Below, one piece after another: positions 1-10,930 of a stretch of DNA of 56,689 bases (its first letter is position 1; the number at the start of each line of letters is the position of its first letter). The notes beneath the pieces were generated by a model. The model saw only the letters and a program-made list of their open reading frames with translations, searched no databases and was not told the DNA's origin. The stretch is from NCBI GenBank assembly GCA_031835245.2, contig JAVKOQ020000054.1, positions 186,001 through 242,689 on the forward strand, read 5' to 3'. Source of the stretch: Balamuthia mandrillaris. Lineage: Eukaryota. Both the position numbers and the translations under genes were made by a program.

Positions 1-462
1 CGCAAGCAAAAGAAGAAGAGCACTGCTGCTGCGCCGTTTGGCTTGGAAGAGATTCTGGAAGAAGGAGCAGAGGAGAATGGCAGTAGCAGTAGCCATGCCA
101 GTAGCGGAGGAAGCAACGAAACTGCCAGCAGCGGAAGCAAGAAAAAGTCAGGAGGGTCACCCCCTCTCTTCAGCAACACCAGACGAAGGGCAGGCTCCAT
201 GGCGTTGGACTTGACCGGTCTTCATCGTGGCGGCGGGCTGGAGTCTGGCAGCGACAAAGAGAGCGGCAAGGAGAGCAGTAAGGGGAGTGGCAAGCTCAGC
301 AGCAAAGGCAAGAACAGCAAAGAAAAGATGAAGAAAAAGAGGAAGAGCAAGGACAAGATGACACGAACCAGAAGAAGGACCAGCTCCATGTCCGAACTGC
401 CCGCCATCGACGAGGAGCTGCTCAAAGTACTTGACATGGCAGCCGAAGGCGCAGAGAAGTAA
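1..462 (+). CDS. 3' end of an unknown gene (Ser/Lys-rich low-complexity C-terminus), truncated by the window edge
   Basis: Open frame from base 1 to TAA at 460-462, followed by T-rich UTR-like sequence; no recognisable domain. Confidence 0.6.
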   Translation, partial: RKQKKKSTAAAPFGLEEILEEGAEENGSSSSHASSGGSNETASSGSKKKSGGSPPLFSNTRRRAGSMALDLTGLHRGGGLESGSDKESGKESSKGSGKLSSKGKNSKEKMKKKRKSKDKMTRTRRRTSSMSELPAIDEELLKVLDMAAEGAEK

Positions 463-882
463 CTTGGCTTTAGGCTTGCTATCCTCTCTATTGAGAGCCG
501 CAGGTTTCTCGTTGGGGTGGACGAGTGCCCAGGTTTTTTTGTTCGTTGTTGTTGTTGTTCGTGTCACATTTTGTTTTTTGCTGTTTGTACTTGTAAATGT
601 TTAATGGTGATGATGTTAAATGTTAGCTTGTAGAGTCGCGTTTACTTTAAAGCCCCCTTCCTCCCTCCTCCCCCAACAACCCCATGCCACCGTCTGAACT
701 TGCCTCCGAAGAAAAAAGGCTCGATTCGTGACGTCATGGATATTATGAGAACGAACCAAGAAAAGGAACTTCCCAGAAAAGACCGAGGGGACTCACTCGA
801 GAACCGAACAAGGCCCAGCAGCCGCAAAAGCACACAACACAATACAAAAAAACCAGTCAGGAAAGCAAACAACCACAGGCAA

Positions 883-2105
883 ATGTCCTTCCAAGTAGTG
901 AGACACAAGGTAGACCGCACCACCTTTGAGGTGCTGTGCAAGCCTGGCGCTGCCCTTAAATTCAGAGAGGGAAAGCTGGGCTGGTCCAACGTTCTGTTCT
1001 CTGATGAGGTAAATTTTTTTCAATTTCCTGCTACTACTCTCTCTATCTCTGTATGCTGCTCACCAAATCTACAGATCTTTACAGATCAATCAAAGGGGCA
1101 AAGGGCTAATGAAAGTGATCTTCAGTTAGTTGCTTTTAGTTTTTTTTTTGTGTGCTTGAGTGTGTTTTTATGAGCCCTCACTTACGATACAATCTATGCC
1201 TGCCTTGCACACAACAGAAAAGCTTTTGATACCTCCAATCAAGACGATATTGCCAAGTTAATTGTAGAAAAGGGAGAGCTGCAGTTGTCCGCCGCCGAAA
1301 GGAAGGCCAAGGTGGACAAAAAACGCGCCGAAATGGGTATTTTTTTTTCTTGTGAGATCAAGTTGTTTGTTTTATTTAATTTTGTCTACAAACTTAGTGA
1401 ACTACATTCACAAATACTTTATCGATCCTCGCACCAAGACACCTCACCCTGTATGTTCATCCTGTCACATAGTGCTTTTCACTTGTGAGAGTTTACTTAT
1501 CTGGATTCTTTGGACAATAGGTGGTGAGGATTGAGAATGCCTTTACTCAACTTAAAATCACTGTTGATCCTGATATGCCTGCTGAGCGTCAGGTGCAAGA
1601 TAAGGTTCTCAAGCGCCTTCCTGAAGTCCTTCCCATCAAGAAATGCGAAATGGAAGGAGTCCTTGTCGGTGCGTTCTCTTCTCTCTCCTTATCTGCCCTC
1701 TCTATCTCTGACTTTTTCACAGTGTCACACCAGTTCCTGGGTCAGGCTATGGGCTTGGTGAAGAAATATGCGTCAGTAGCTGGTGAAAAGTACACTTCAG
1801 AGGGCTGCGAGATGCAAGTAGCCATCGTACCAGGAGGTAGCTCCTTCCACTTGCTTTCATCCTTTCCAAAATTACATCCCTTTCACTCACTTGTTTGCTT
1901 TGCCTTCAATGCAGATTATGATACCTTCATGTCTGAGCTCAGAGACGCCACAAAGGGCAATTTCCAGTTTGACGTTATAGGGCAAGGAGGCCCCAGCGAT
2001 GAGGCCGGTGAGTCCAGTGGTGGCGGCAAAGGAAAGGGCAAGGGCAAGCGTGGTGGTGGAGGCGGTGGTAGGGGAGGAGGCAGGGGCAGCCGCGGCAGGA
2101 AATGA
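883..2105 (+). CDS. SBDS: SBDS/Sdo1-family ribosome maturation factor, multi-exon, with Gly/Arg-rich tail
   Basis: Spliced peptides MSFQVVRHK..FEVLCKPG..VLFSDEIFTD..KG..A, KGELQLS..ERK, IDPRTKTPHP..RIENA, VDP..PAERQV match the SBDS family; GT-AG introns. Confidence 0.88.
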
Positions 2106-2794
2106 AGGGAGGGAAAGCTCTACTCTCTCTTCTGCCAGCCACTACATTGCGACATAGGCAACATTAGAGTGGTTCATCCATCTATGGCCATCATGAATTA
2201 TTACTGGTGGGCTTTTCTTCGTCCACCTGATGGTAGGCTGCATGATCTTGTAACTGTTTTTGCCAAATAAGGGGGAGGAGGCCCTGCCAACAACCGCCTT
2301 CCTTCCTTCCTTTGTTGATTGAACATGCAGCAGTTATGCCCATGGTGGTAGTTGCTAATTATTAAATACTTCCCCTCTTTTTGCATTCTTTTTTTTTCAC
2401 ATAAATCATAAATATGCAAAACCATAAAACAACCATGCTACACCCCACTGTTGAATCCTGAGCACAGAACCAAGAAAAAAAACAAACAAAGAGACAAAAG
2501 CTTAATGTTATAATAAGAAAAGGAAAACAAGTGTGTTCTTGGGTATGTTTGTTGTTACTTCTCTGTCTTGTTCTTGTTAGAGGGTGTTGAGAGGTTATGA
2601 CAAGAGAAAGACAAGGAATCGTGTAAGGGAGTCTTTGTTAATTCTAGTAGCAGCAAACAAAACAAAGAAACAAAATAAGGTAAAGATATATAAAGAAGAA
2701 TAAGTAAAGGTAAAAACACCTTTACCACTTTTCTGAGAGAAGCTCCAAAGAGCTTTCCAGAGTAGAGGGTTTAGTCCATAAGTCTAACCAATTG

Positions 2795-2986
2795 TTGGTT
2801 AAGTCCAACTTAACAAAAGAAAGGGACAATGATCAAAAAGGAGTGTATTCCAGAAGAAAGAAAAAAAGACAATAGGAGGAGATCTCCATCATTGCTTTAG
2901 GGGGTTTTGCTACCCTTTTCTTTCTTCTAGAATACACTCCTTTCTCATCATTTGTCCCATTCTTTTGTTAAGTTGGACTTAACCAA
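2795..2986. repeat. Long imperfect inverted repeat (two ~70 bp arms, ~50 bp spacer)
   Basis: 2795-2864 (ttggttaagtccaacttaacaaaagaa..ggagtgtattccagaagaaagaaaa) is the near reverse complement of 2916-2986; the outer 27 bp match perfectly. Confidence 0.92.
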
Positions 2987-4306
2987 TACAAACCATGAGA
3001 GAAGATAGAATGATACAATCAATATGCATACCAAAGATGCTTATCATACATAACATTCCAACGGAGAGGAACAGTATTTATAGTTGAGAGGCAGACCAAG
3101 GAAAGAAAGATGCTTGGGGTTAAAAAGCAGCTTTCTTAGTTTTTGAGTTCTGTATTAAGAAAAATTCCAGGGAAGACAAGAGAAAGATCTTTAAAATGGT
3201 TTGGTGTTGATATACAATTAATGACATCAATGACAAATGATTTAAAACTGTGGAGATTGTTGACATAAAAGAAGAAAGGATTGAAGAAAGAGTTAATTAT
3301 GTGAGCAGTTGCCAATAATATGTCTGCAGCATGGGTATGCATGCTTATCACATGATTTTTTCATGGTGCGGCATGGTTTGGCATGGTTTCAGATGGTTTT
3401 TTCATGGTTTTTTAAGAATTAAGCATGCTTTATTAAGGATTTGCATTTTACAGGACAACTGATCATGTTTCAGCACTGGTTGTTATTTGAAAAAAAAGAA
3501 AAAGTATTTACAAAAACATTAAAATATAAGGCAATGGTACTAAAATACTTAATTTCCAACATAGTGAATAGAGACACCACAATGAAAACAAATGTTTGTT
3601 TTGTTGTTTGCTTCTCTTTGCCCCCTTTCTGTCCAGAAACACAGAGATGACAACAAAGCTGGTAGAAACACTGGGAGGACTTTTTCCCAAAATAGACAGT
3701 TTATTCATTCTGAGTGTAAGATACCATGTCAGCTTATCATGTGAGTGCTCATGAATTGAGCACTCCTTTTACAGCACTGTTGATTTCCTTGGAAGTTCTG
3801 TAAGAGCAGTTGAGTGAAAGTTGAAGCATGTTGTTGACATTATGTAGACTAATTACCTACTTTCACATCACTAGATTATTTCCTTTTATTCCATTGCTAT
3901 TTCTGTACTTTCTTTTCTTTCATTCATACCACATCTTTCCCTCTTGATACTTATGTTTCTTTGTTTTTTCTGTAAAATGTTTTGACCTGGTTGTTGGTTC
4001 AATCTCAAGACTTTTAACATGCTTTGTCATGGTTTTTTCATTTTAAAAATAAAGTACCTGTTTTTCCACACTGGTATCCTGTGCCACAAACAGATGAGGA
4101 GAGAAAAGAGCAGCCACAAAGGGGACAGACATTAGCACAGATAGCAGGAGGGTCACCCAGCGAAGAAGGACACCTGAGGGGTCATTCCATTCAATTTTGC
4201 ACGTCAGCGTTCCGAACACGTCAGCACCTCACCACAAAACAGAAAACAGGAAAAGAGGCACGCACGCACGCACGCACCCAACGCAGACCACAGACCAGCC
4301 TTAGCC

Positions 4307-4680
4307 ATGAAACCGAGTCAAGCCTTTGCGATAAAAGCCGCCCAAGGCGAGGAGCTCATGAAGCAAGGACATAAATGGTGGGTGAGCTGTTAGTTCGTTT
4401 GCTCGAACTTGTCCTACTGACTCTAGTGAACTCACCCTCTCCTCCTTCAGCACTTCCAAGACGCTTTTCAGGTGGAAGCCCGACTGGGAGGGAGCAGCCA
4501 TGGCCTATGAGAAAGCTGGTTCGTTCTGATCTGTCTATGCTACAATCATATCACAAGTAGGTCTGACGCTTTTGGTTCTTGTTTTCAGCTGTTTGCTTCA
4601 AAAACGCCAGGGAGAGCGAAAGAGCAAAAGAGGCCTTCACCAAAGCAGCAGAAGCCCAAATCAAAAACACGCTGTACCTT

Positions 4681-4722
<42 letters not shown>

Positions 4723-5823
4723 GGGTTTTTTTTGTGTTCTCTCTTGCTCTCTTTATGCCATGTTAGAGTGCTGACTTGCACTAACATGCACTGACTTGGG
4801 CCTCATTCAGGTACTTCACGGCGGGCAAGCACTATGAGAGTGCTGCCATGGAGGCGTGTACCCTGAAGCAGCACGATGAGGCGGTGCAGCTCTTTCAGAC
4901 AGCAGCCAACACCTTCAGCGAGGGTGATGCCGTTGACAAGGCTGGTGAGGTGTTGGTGGCCGCTGCTAAGTAAGTATCCTCCTTTTGTTTTGATTATGAC
5001 TTTTGTTTTGTTTTTCGTCTAAATTTTTGTTTTTGTTTTTGTTTTTTTTTTTTCAAACAATTTTGGCACTCCTTGTTGACTTGTTTGTTTACTTCCCCAA
5101 TAAGAACTGTGGAGGAACACAATCCAGATGCTGCTCTAGAGTTATACAACAGGTTTGTTGTTGTGTTTGGCGATCTTGTTTGCTCCAACGCTCGATTAAT
5201 AATATTAATAATATTTATTTTAAAAAAAACAAAACACAGTGCAGTGGAATATTTCGAAGTATGCGACAAGCAGAGGAGCATTGCTGATACCTACAAGGCT
5301 GCCCTTGTTTTGCTCATTCGCACTGAAAGGTATGTCATCCTTATCTCCAAGAGAGCACTGTCCTTGTAGTGTTCATTACCCTTTTCCTACAGGCTCGAGC
5401 AAGCCCTCGAAATGCTGAACAAGCTGATAGCGCTTCAACGAGAGATGTCGCAGATGCATGACCTGTTCAAGACCTATCTCACTGTTCTTATTGTCCATCT
5501 CCACCGAAACGATTATGTGGCCGCTGACAAAGCCTACCAAGAATTCCTTCAGTACGATTCACTAACTTAACTAGTCTCTCCTTGGCTCCCCTAATTGCTT
5601 TATCATATTTTAAAGAACGGAAGGCTTTATTCAAGCTGCTGAATCTCGTGTTGGAGGAGAGTTGTTAGATGCTTTCGAGAAACAATCTCCAGACGAGTTA
5701 ACGGTTTGCCTTAAGAAGCAAACCTTCAGTTTTCTTCCTAATCAGGTTCTCTTCTTTCTCTTATTAGCTTTCCCTTCCCTTCTCTTGCTCTTCGTTGCTT
5801 TCCTCTCCCCTCCCTCCCTCTCC

Positions 5824-5871
<48 letters not shown>

Positions 5872-6293
5872 GCTCTCTCCTCCCTCTCTCCTCCCTCTCT
5901 CCGAAATTTTAGTTGACATACATGAAAAAATAGATATACAAACTGGCCAAGTCACTTCGGGTTTGCGAAGACCTGGAACTGCCACCTGCAACTAAAGCGC
6001 AGAAGTTGGAGAAAGAGGAAATAACAGCTACCTCCAAGAAGTTGGCAGAAAAGCTTCAAGTGGGCGAACCACAGAAACAACCACCAGAACCAGCAACAAA
6101 GAAAAAGGTGGAAGAAGAGGAAGAAGAGGAAGAAGAGGAAGAAGAGGAAACAGAGGAAAAGGAAAAAGAGGAAGAAAAAGTAAAGGAAGTGGAAGAAACC
6201 GCTTCTGATGATGAATACAAGAAAACTGGTTCCAGCGAGGAGGAGAGCGAGGACGAGGAGGAAGGAGAAGACAAGTACTCGATGTTGCTGTAA
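4307..6293 (+). CDS. NAPG: Gamma-soluble NSF attachment protein (gamma-SNAP), multi-exon
   Basis: Exons give KTLFRWKPDWEGAAMAYEKA, YFTAGKHYESAA, LIVHLHRNDYVAA, FSFLPNQ and an acidic tail, typical of gamma-SNAP. Confidence 0.85.
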
Positions 6294-6398
6294 AAGCAAA
6301 GCAGCTTCCTGCTTGGCTTAGTTGCGTTTTTGTTTCTCTTCTCTTTAAGATGTCTTTTGTACATAATTTAATAATAGAGGAGTAAAAGAAGAACATCA

Positions 6399-8389
6399 TC
6401 ATTTCGCTGGAGTAGTGGTTGAAGATGACGAAGAAGCAGATGAAGAAGGGAGAGAGGGCAACGCAGAAGAAGGAGAAGCAGCAAAAGGGAAATAAATGCC
6501 CTGCCTAAACCAACCCGCCGCAGAGATGAAGCCAAGCGGAAGGAACGAAGTGGCGCCGGGCCAACGCCTCGCCACCCACGCCACCACCCGGTGCGCCACC
6601 AGCGGCCACACCATCACGAAGAACAAAAAGGCACCACCGGCTGTGTACCTGGTGAGAGTGGAGGCCCACCCCCGTCCTTGTCTTCCGAGAGTACTCGGCC
6701 GTCGTCCAATCGACATCCTCTTTTCCTGTTGCTGTTGGAAGAGCAGCAGCTGTTGTTGTTGCTCGGAGAGTGCCTCTTCCAGCCGAGAGAGACCATGTCG
6801 AAGGTTATCGGCCAGACCATGCACGTATCCATCCATGTCATCCATGCGTTGCTCCACTTCCTCCAAGCCTTTCCGAAGGTCAGCCATGCGTTGGTGGAGA
6901 CCGCGAGGGGAGGAGGAGCTTCCACTGTCATCGCCCTCTCGGATGTTGCCAGTAAAACTTAGACCGGTCTCCTCCTCGACGTACATGAGGCGAGCGTGGA
7001 GGCGAGCCAGCACTGCCTCCAAGTGTTTAATCTCTCCTTGCAGCGCTCTTGCTCCGTATTGAAGCATTTCGACCTGTTCGTTGACTCCCGCGCCTTCCGT
7101 CATTTGTCCTATGTCATCGATGCTGTCGAAGAAGTGGTCTTCTTCCTCTTCTTCTTCTTCCTCGTTATTATTATTGGTAGCAGCGTATCCTTCTTCTGAC
7201 TCTTCGTCGTCGGCTTCGCTGACCACACCTCCTGCTCCACCGCCCCAATACTCAGTTTGACTGTCTGAACCTCTTTCTCTTTTGCCTTTGTCATAACGCG
7301 TAGCAGTTGGAGAAAAGGGTGGCAATCGTGGTGATGAAGGGATGGAAGTGGAGAGCGGGGAGGATGGTGCGGAGGAAGTACTGGTTGCTAGTTGTTGTTT
7401 CCTATAGCCATTACCTCCACCCCTTCTGGTCGTCGTGGAGGAGGGGCGCTGTTGCTGTCGAGGAGAGCTGATCATGTCTATAGAAGAGGAGGAAGAAGCG
7501 AGCCCTGGCAATGAGCCTCGGAGTGGGTCCACGCGATAACGAGCCAGTTTTTCTCGTGCCACTTCCATCCACTTCTGGAGAGAAGCCATTGTATTTTCTT
7601 TCACAAACGCTTCAATAGACTCTATAGACAATGCAATAATATAAGCGAGTGCACAGGAGAAGAACCACAAGGAGCTTCAACAAGAAGGAAAACGAAAGAA
7701 GAGGGAATAATAAGAAAGCACCTTTGAAGAGACGGCCTTTGTACTCATTGCGCGCACGGATGCTGCACATGCATCCTTCTGTGGTTGCTTCCACTCGCCA
7801 CTCCACTTTGTTTGTGAGAGATTCTCCAAGCGAGGATTTTTCAAAAAATATTGTGCTGGTTAGCACGAATGACCTGTTATTGAACCCAAAAAAAAACAAC
7901 GTCCGTTCAGCAGAACGCCGACAGCGCAGAGAAAGCAGAGAGAGCTTTAACAATATAGGACAGGAGAGGCAGAGGTGACAAAACAACACAAAAAAAAAAA
8001 ACGAACCCGTCGTTGGCAAAGTGATGGAGCTGTATTTCCTTAACGTGTGTGTTCTCGCCGGCCAACTTTCGTATGAGTGTGTTGGTGGTGCCGGCCGTCT
8101 TAAAGCGAACGACCCTCTGCTTCCTGCCGCCCGGCGCGTTCGTCCACGGCCCCACCTGAACGTCTGTTTCTCAATATTTATTGTTGGACCAGCAGCATGT
8201 TGGTAAGCACAAAAATAATGAATATTATTATTTTTTAAAAAAGGGGAGGGAGGGGATAGGAAGAGGACGAAAACCTTGGTGGCCGCACTTGTTGTGGTAC
8301 TCAATTTCAAAGTCGGGGCTCTCGAAGAAGAGACGGTAGAACGTGAGGACGCCCAGCGGCATCGCCTCCTCCATCGTGTACTGCTTCAT
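6399..8389 (-). CDS. VASt/StART-like lipid-transfer domain protein with coiled coil and C-terminal TM helix
   Basis: 5' exons MKQYTMEEAMPLGVLTFYRLF..YHNKCGH, SFVLTSTIFF..LTNKVEWRVE..CMCSIRARNEYKG, IESIEAFVKENT..LQKW resemble a VASt fold; last exon has heptads and AGGAFLFFVMVWPLV. Confidence 0.6.
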
Positions 8390-8741
8390 CGTCGTTGTTG
8401 GTGATATAGCGTTGTTGTTCGTAGGGTTACTCCTCGCCAGAGGCGCCGTTCCTCAGAAGTCGCGCGAGTGAGGGTCGGATAACAGCACACACACAACACA
8501 CACACACACACACACACTGTGTCACGCCCTCACCAAGTATAAATAATATATAATATATATTTTTTCTTTTCTTTTTTTTTTCATTATTTCCAGTAAGCCG
8601 GCGACCCCTCGTCATCTTTCCGATCAGATCAAAAATTCCATGTCGACATTGCATGTGGAATAATCTCATGTCGACATTGAGTATGCTTTCACGTCGACTC
8701 CATTTATCGCGACGACATGAAGGGAGAAAGCAGACAGATAA

Positions 8742-10767
8742 ATGGAAGAAGAGCAGAAGGAGAGAACGTTTCGCCTCGTCAGTTGGAACGTGAACGGAAT
8801 ACGTGCCCTGCAAAGAAAGTTGGAAGAGAACAAGACCACCCTGGCTGAGTTCTTCTCCAGGCCGCCGATAGCCGCGGACGTGATCTGCCTGCAGGAAACC
8901 AAGATCGGCGCGCAGACTTTGAGCGAGGACCTCCTCCACGTCGCTGGCTACGAGTCCTTCTACGCTCACAGCAGAGTGAAGCAGGGCTACAGCGGCGTAT
9001 GCACGTTTGCCCGCGAAGGACTCACAATGGACGCCAAGGAAGGCTTTGGCATAGCAAAAGGTTTAGTCTTTTTTTTTTTTCGTTTTCAATCACAATTTTT
9101 CTCACTCACTGCTCGCTCTCTCTCGTTCTCTCTGTCTCTCTGTCTCTCTGTCTCTCTGTCTCTCTTCTCTCTGTCTCTTCTCTCGTTCTCTCTGTCTCTT
9201 CTCTCTTCTCTCTCTTTTGTGGTTTGGGAACAGACATTGACAATGAAGGCAGGTAAACACTGGCGTTTCTTCCTTTGGCTTGTTCCTTGAGCTTATTCTA
9301 TTTATGTGCTCTCTCTCTTTGCTTGATTAGGCTGTTGGTGACGGACCATCATCACTTTGTATTGCTGAACGTTTACTTCCCGTAACTTATTTAAAGCTTA
9401 TTGTTCTTTGTTTACATTTCGTTTTTGTCTTATGCTGTCTTGTGATGTTGTTGTCGTATGTTGTTTCGTTGTTCTTCTTGTTCTTGTTCTTCTTCTTCTT
9501 CTTCTTCTTCTTCTTCTTTCTTCTTCTTCTTCTTTCTTCTTCTTCTTCTTCTTCTTCTTCTTCTTCTTCTGCTTCTTCTTCTTCTTCTTGACAATGTCGT
9601 ACTTTGGTGTTCTGTGGGTTAAATGTTGACTGATACAGCCTGTTCGTAACGTATAATGTACAACAGCAATGGGGGCAGAGGAGGTGACAGACTGCGCGTC
9701 AAGAACGAGTTTCAAGAAGAGATACTGCGGTATTGCTTACAGCTAAGAGAAACGGGGAGGCATGTCATTGTCGTTGGTGATTTTAACATTGCTCACCAAG
9801 AAGTGGACGTCAACGCTGTTCCCAAGGTTCTCTCTCGCTCGCTCTCTTCTCTCCTTCTCAGTTTCTTATTCAATAGTTGGAATGTAGGAAGACGTAAGTG
9901 GCTTCTTGCCCTCAGAGCGACAATGGTTGAGTCGATTTTTGCGTGCTGGTATTCTTCTTCCTCTTTGCAAGCACTTTCTATCTCATATTATCCTTTTTTG
10001 TTTCCCTAAGAAAAAGCTATTTGATAAAATGTAGGTTTTGTGGACAGTTTTAGAGCACGTCATGAAGGTGAACCGCGTCATTTTACTTGGTGGAATCCTC
10101 GTAACGGTTTGTCATTGTTTCTGCAGTTGTCTTTTCTTTATGCTTACATATCTCATTTTCTTTGCACAAATTAGCTGCACGAGAAGAAAACAAAGGATGG
10201 AGGCTGGACTATGCTGTTGTGGATGCTGAGTTTCATCAATCAGATGTGTTGAATGCATCGCATCTAACATCCGTTGGAGGGAGTGATCACTGTCCAGTGC
10301 TACTGGAACTCAAACCGCAGGCAGCTCTTCCTCCCCATCCGTTTCCTGCGCTCTCTTCCAAACGCAAAAAGTCTCAAAAGAAGTTACACGCTTTCTTTGC
10401 TGCTCGTTCATCCTCCTCCTCTTCATTAGCATCATCTTCATCATCACTATCCTCTTCATCATCGTCACCATCACCACTTTCTTCTTCTTCTTCTTCTTCT
10501 TCTTCTTCTTCTTCTTCTTCTTCTTCTTCTTCTTCTTCTTCTTCTTCTTCTTCTTCTTCTTCTTCTCTCAAACGGAAGAGAGAAGGTCCTGAGAAACAGG
10601 ACGTTAAATCAGCTGAGGTTCCTACCACAACGAAGCGGCCGCGACAAAGAGTAGACAAGAAAGCAAAGCAGGAGGAGGAAGAAGAAAAAGCAAAAGCAAC
10701 AGAAGAAGGAAGAAAGAAGAAGAATCTCATCACCTCCTTTTTCAGCACGTCTTCAGCACAAAAATAG
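8742..10767 (+). CDS. APEX2: ExoIII-family AP endonuclease (APE2/Apn2-like), multi-exon
   Basis: SWNVNGIRA, ICLQETK, GYSGV, LLNVYFP, GDFNIAH, WRLDY and GSDHCPV motifs; PIP-like QKKLHAFF in the C-terminal tail. Confidence 0.82.
10480..10567 (+). repeat. (TCT)n microsatellite encoding poly-Ser inside the AP endonuclease
   Basis: Pure tct run in frame within ORF 10162-10767. Confidence 0.9.
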
Positions 10768-10930
10768 CACCTTTTCAGAAGAATTACTGTACGATTAATT
10801 ACAGCACAGATCAATGACTCCTCTTGTGTCGACACAAATAAACAAAAAAGAAAAACAGCGGAATGACTCCTCATATGGTTTTTTTTTCTGTTGCGAAGAA
10901 AAGAAGAAAAGAAGAAAACACACACACAAC

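Noticed and set aside
700..882. N-terminal extension of SBDS in the ORF track
   Set aside because: It begins at TTG; family similarity starts at ATG 883, which follows an A-rich leader.
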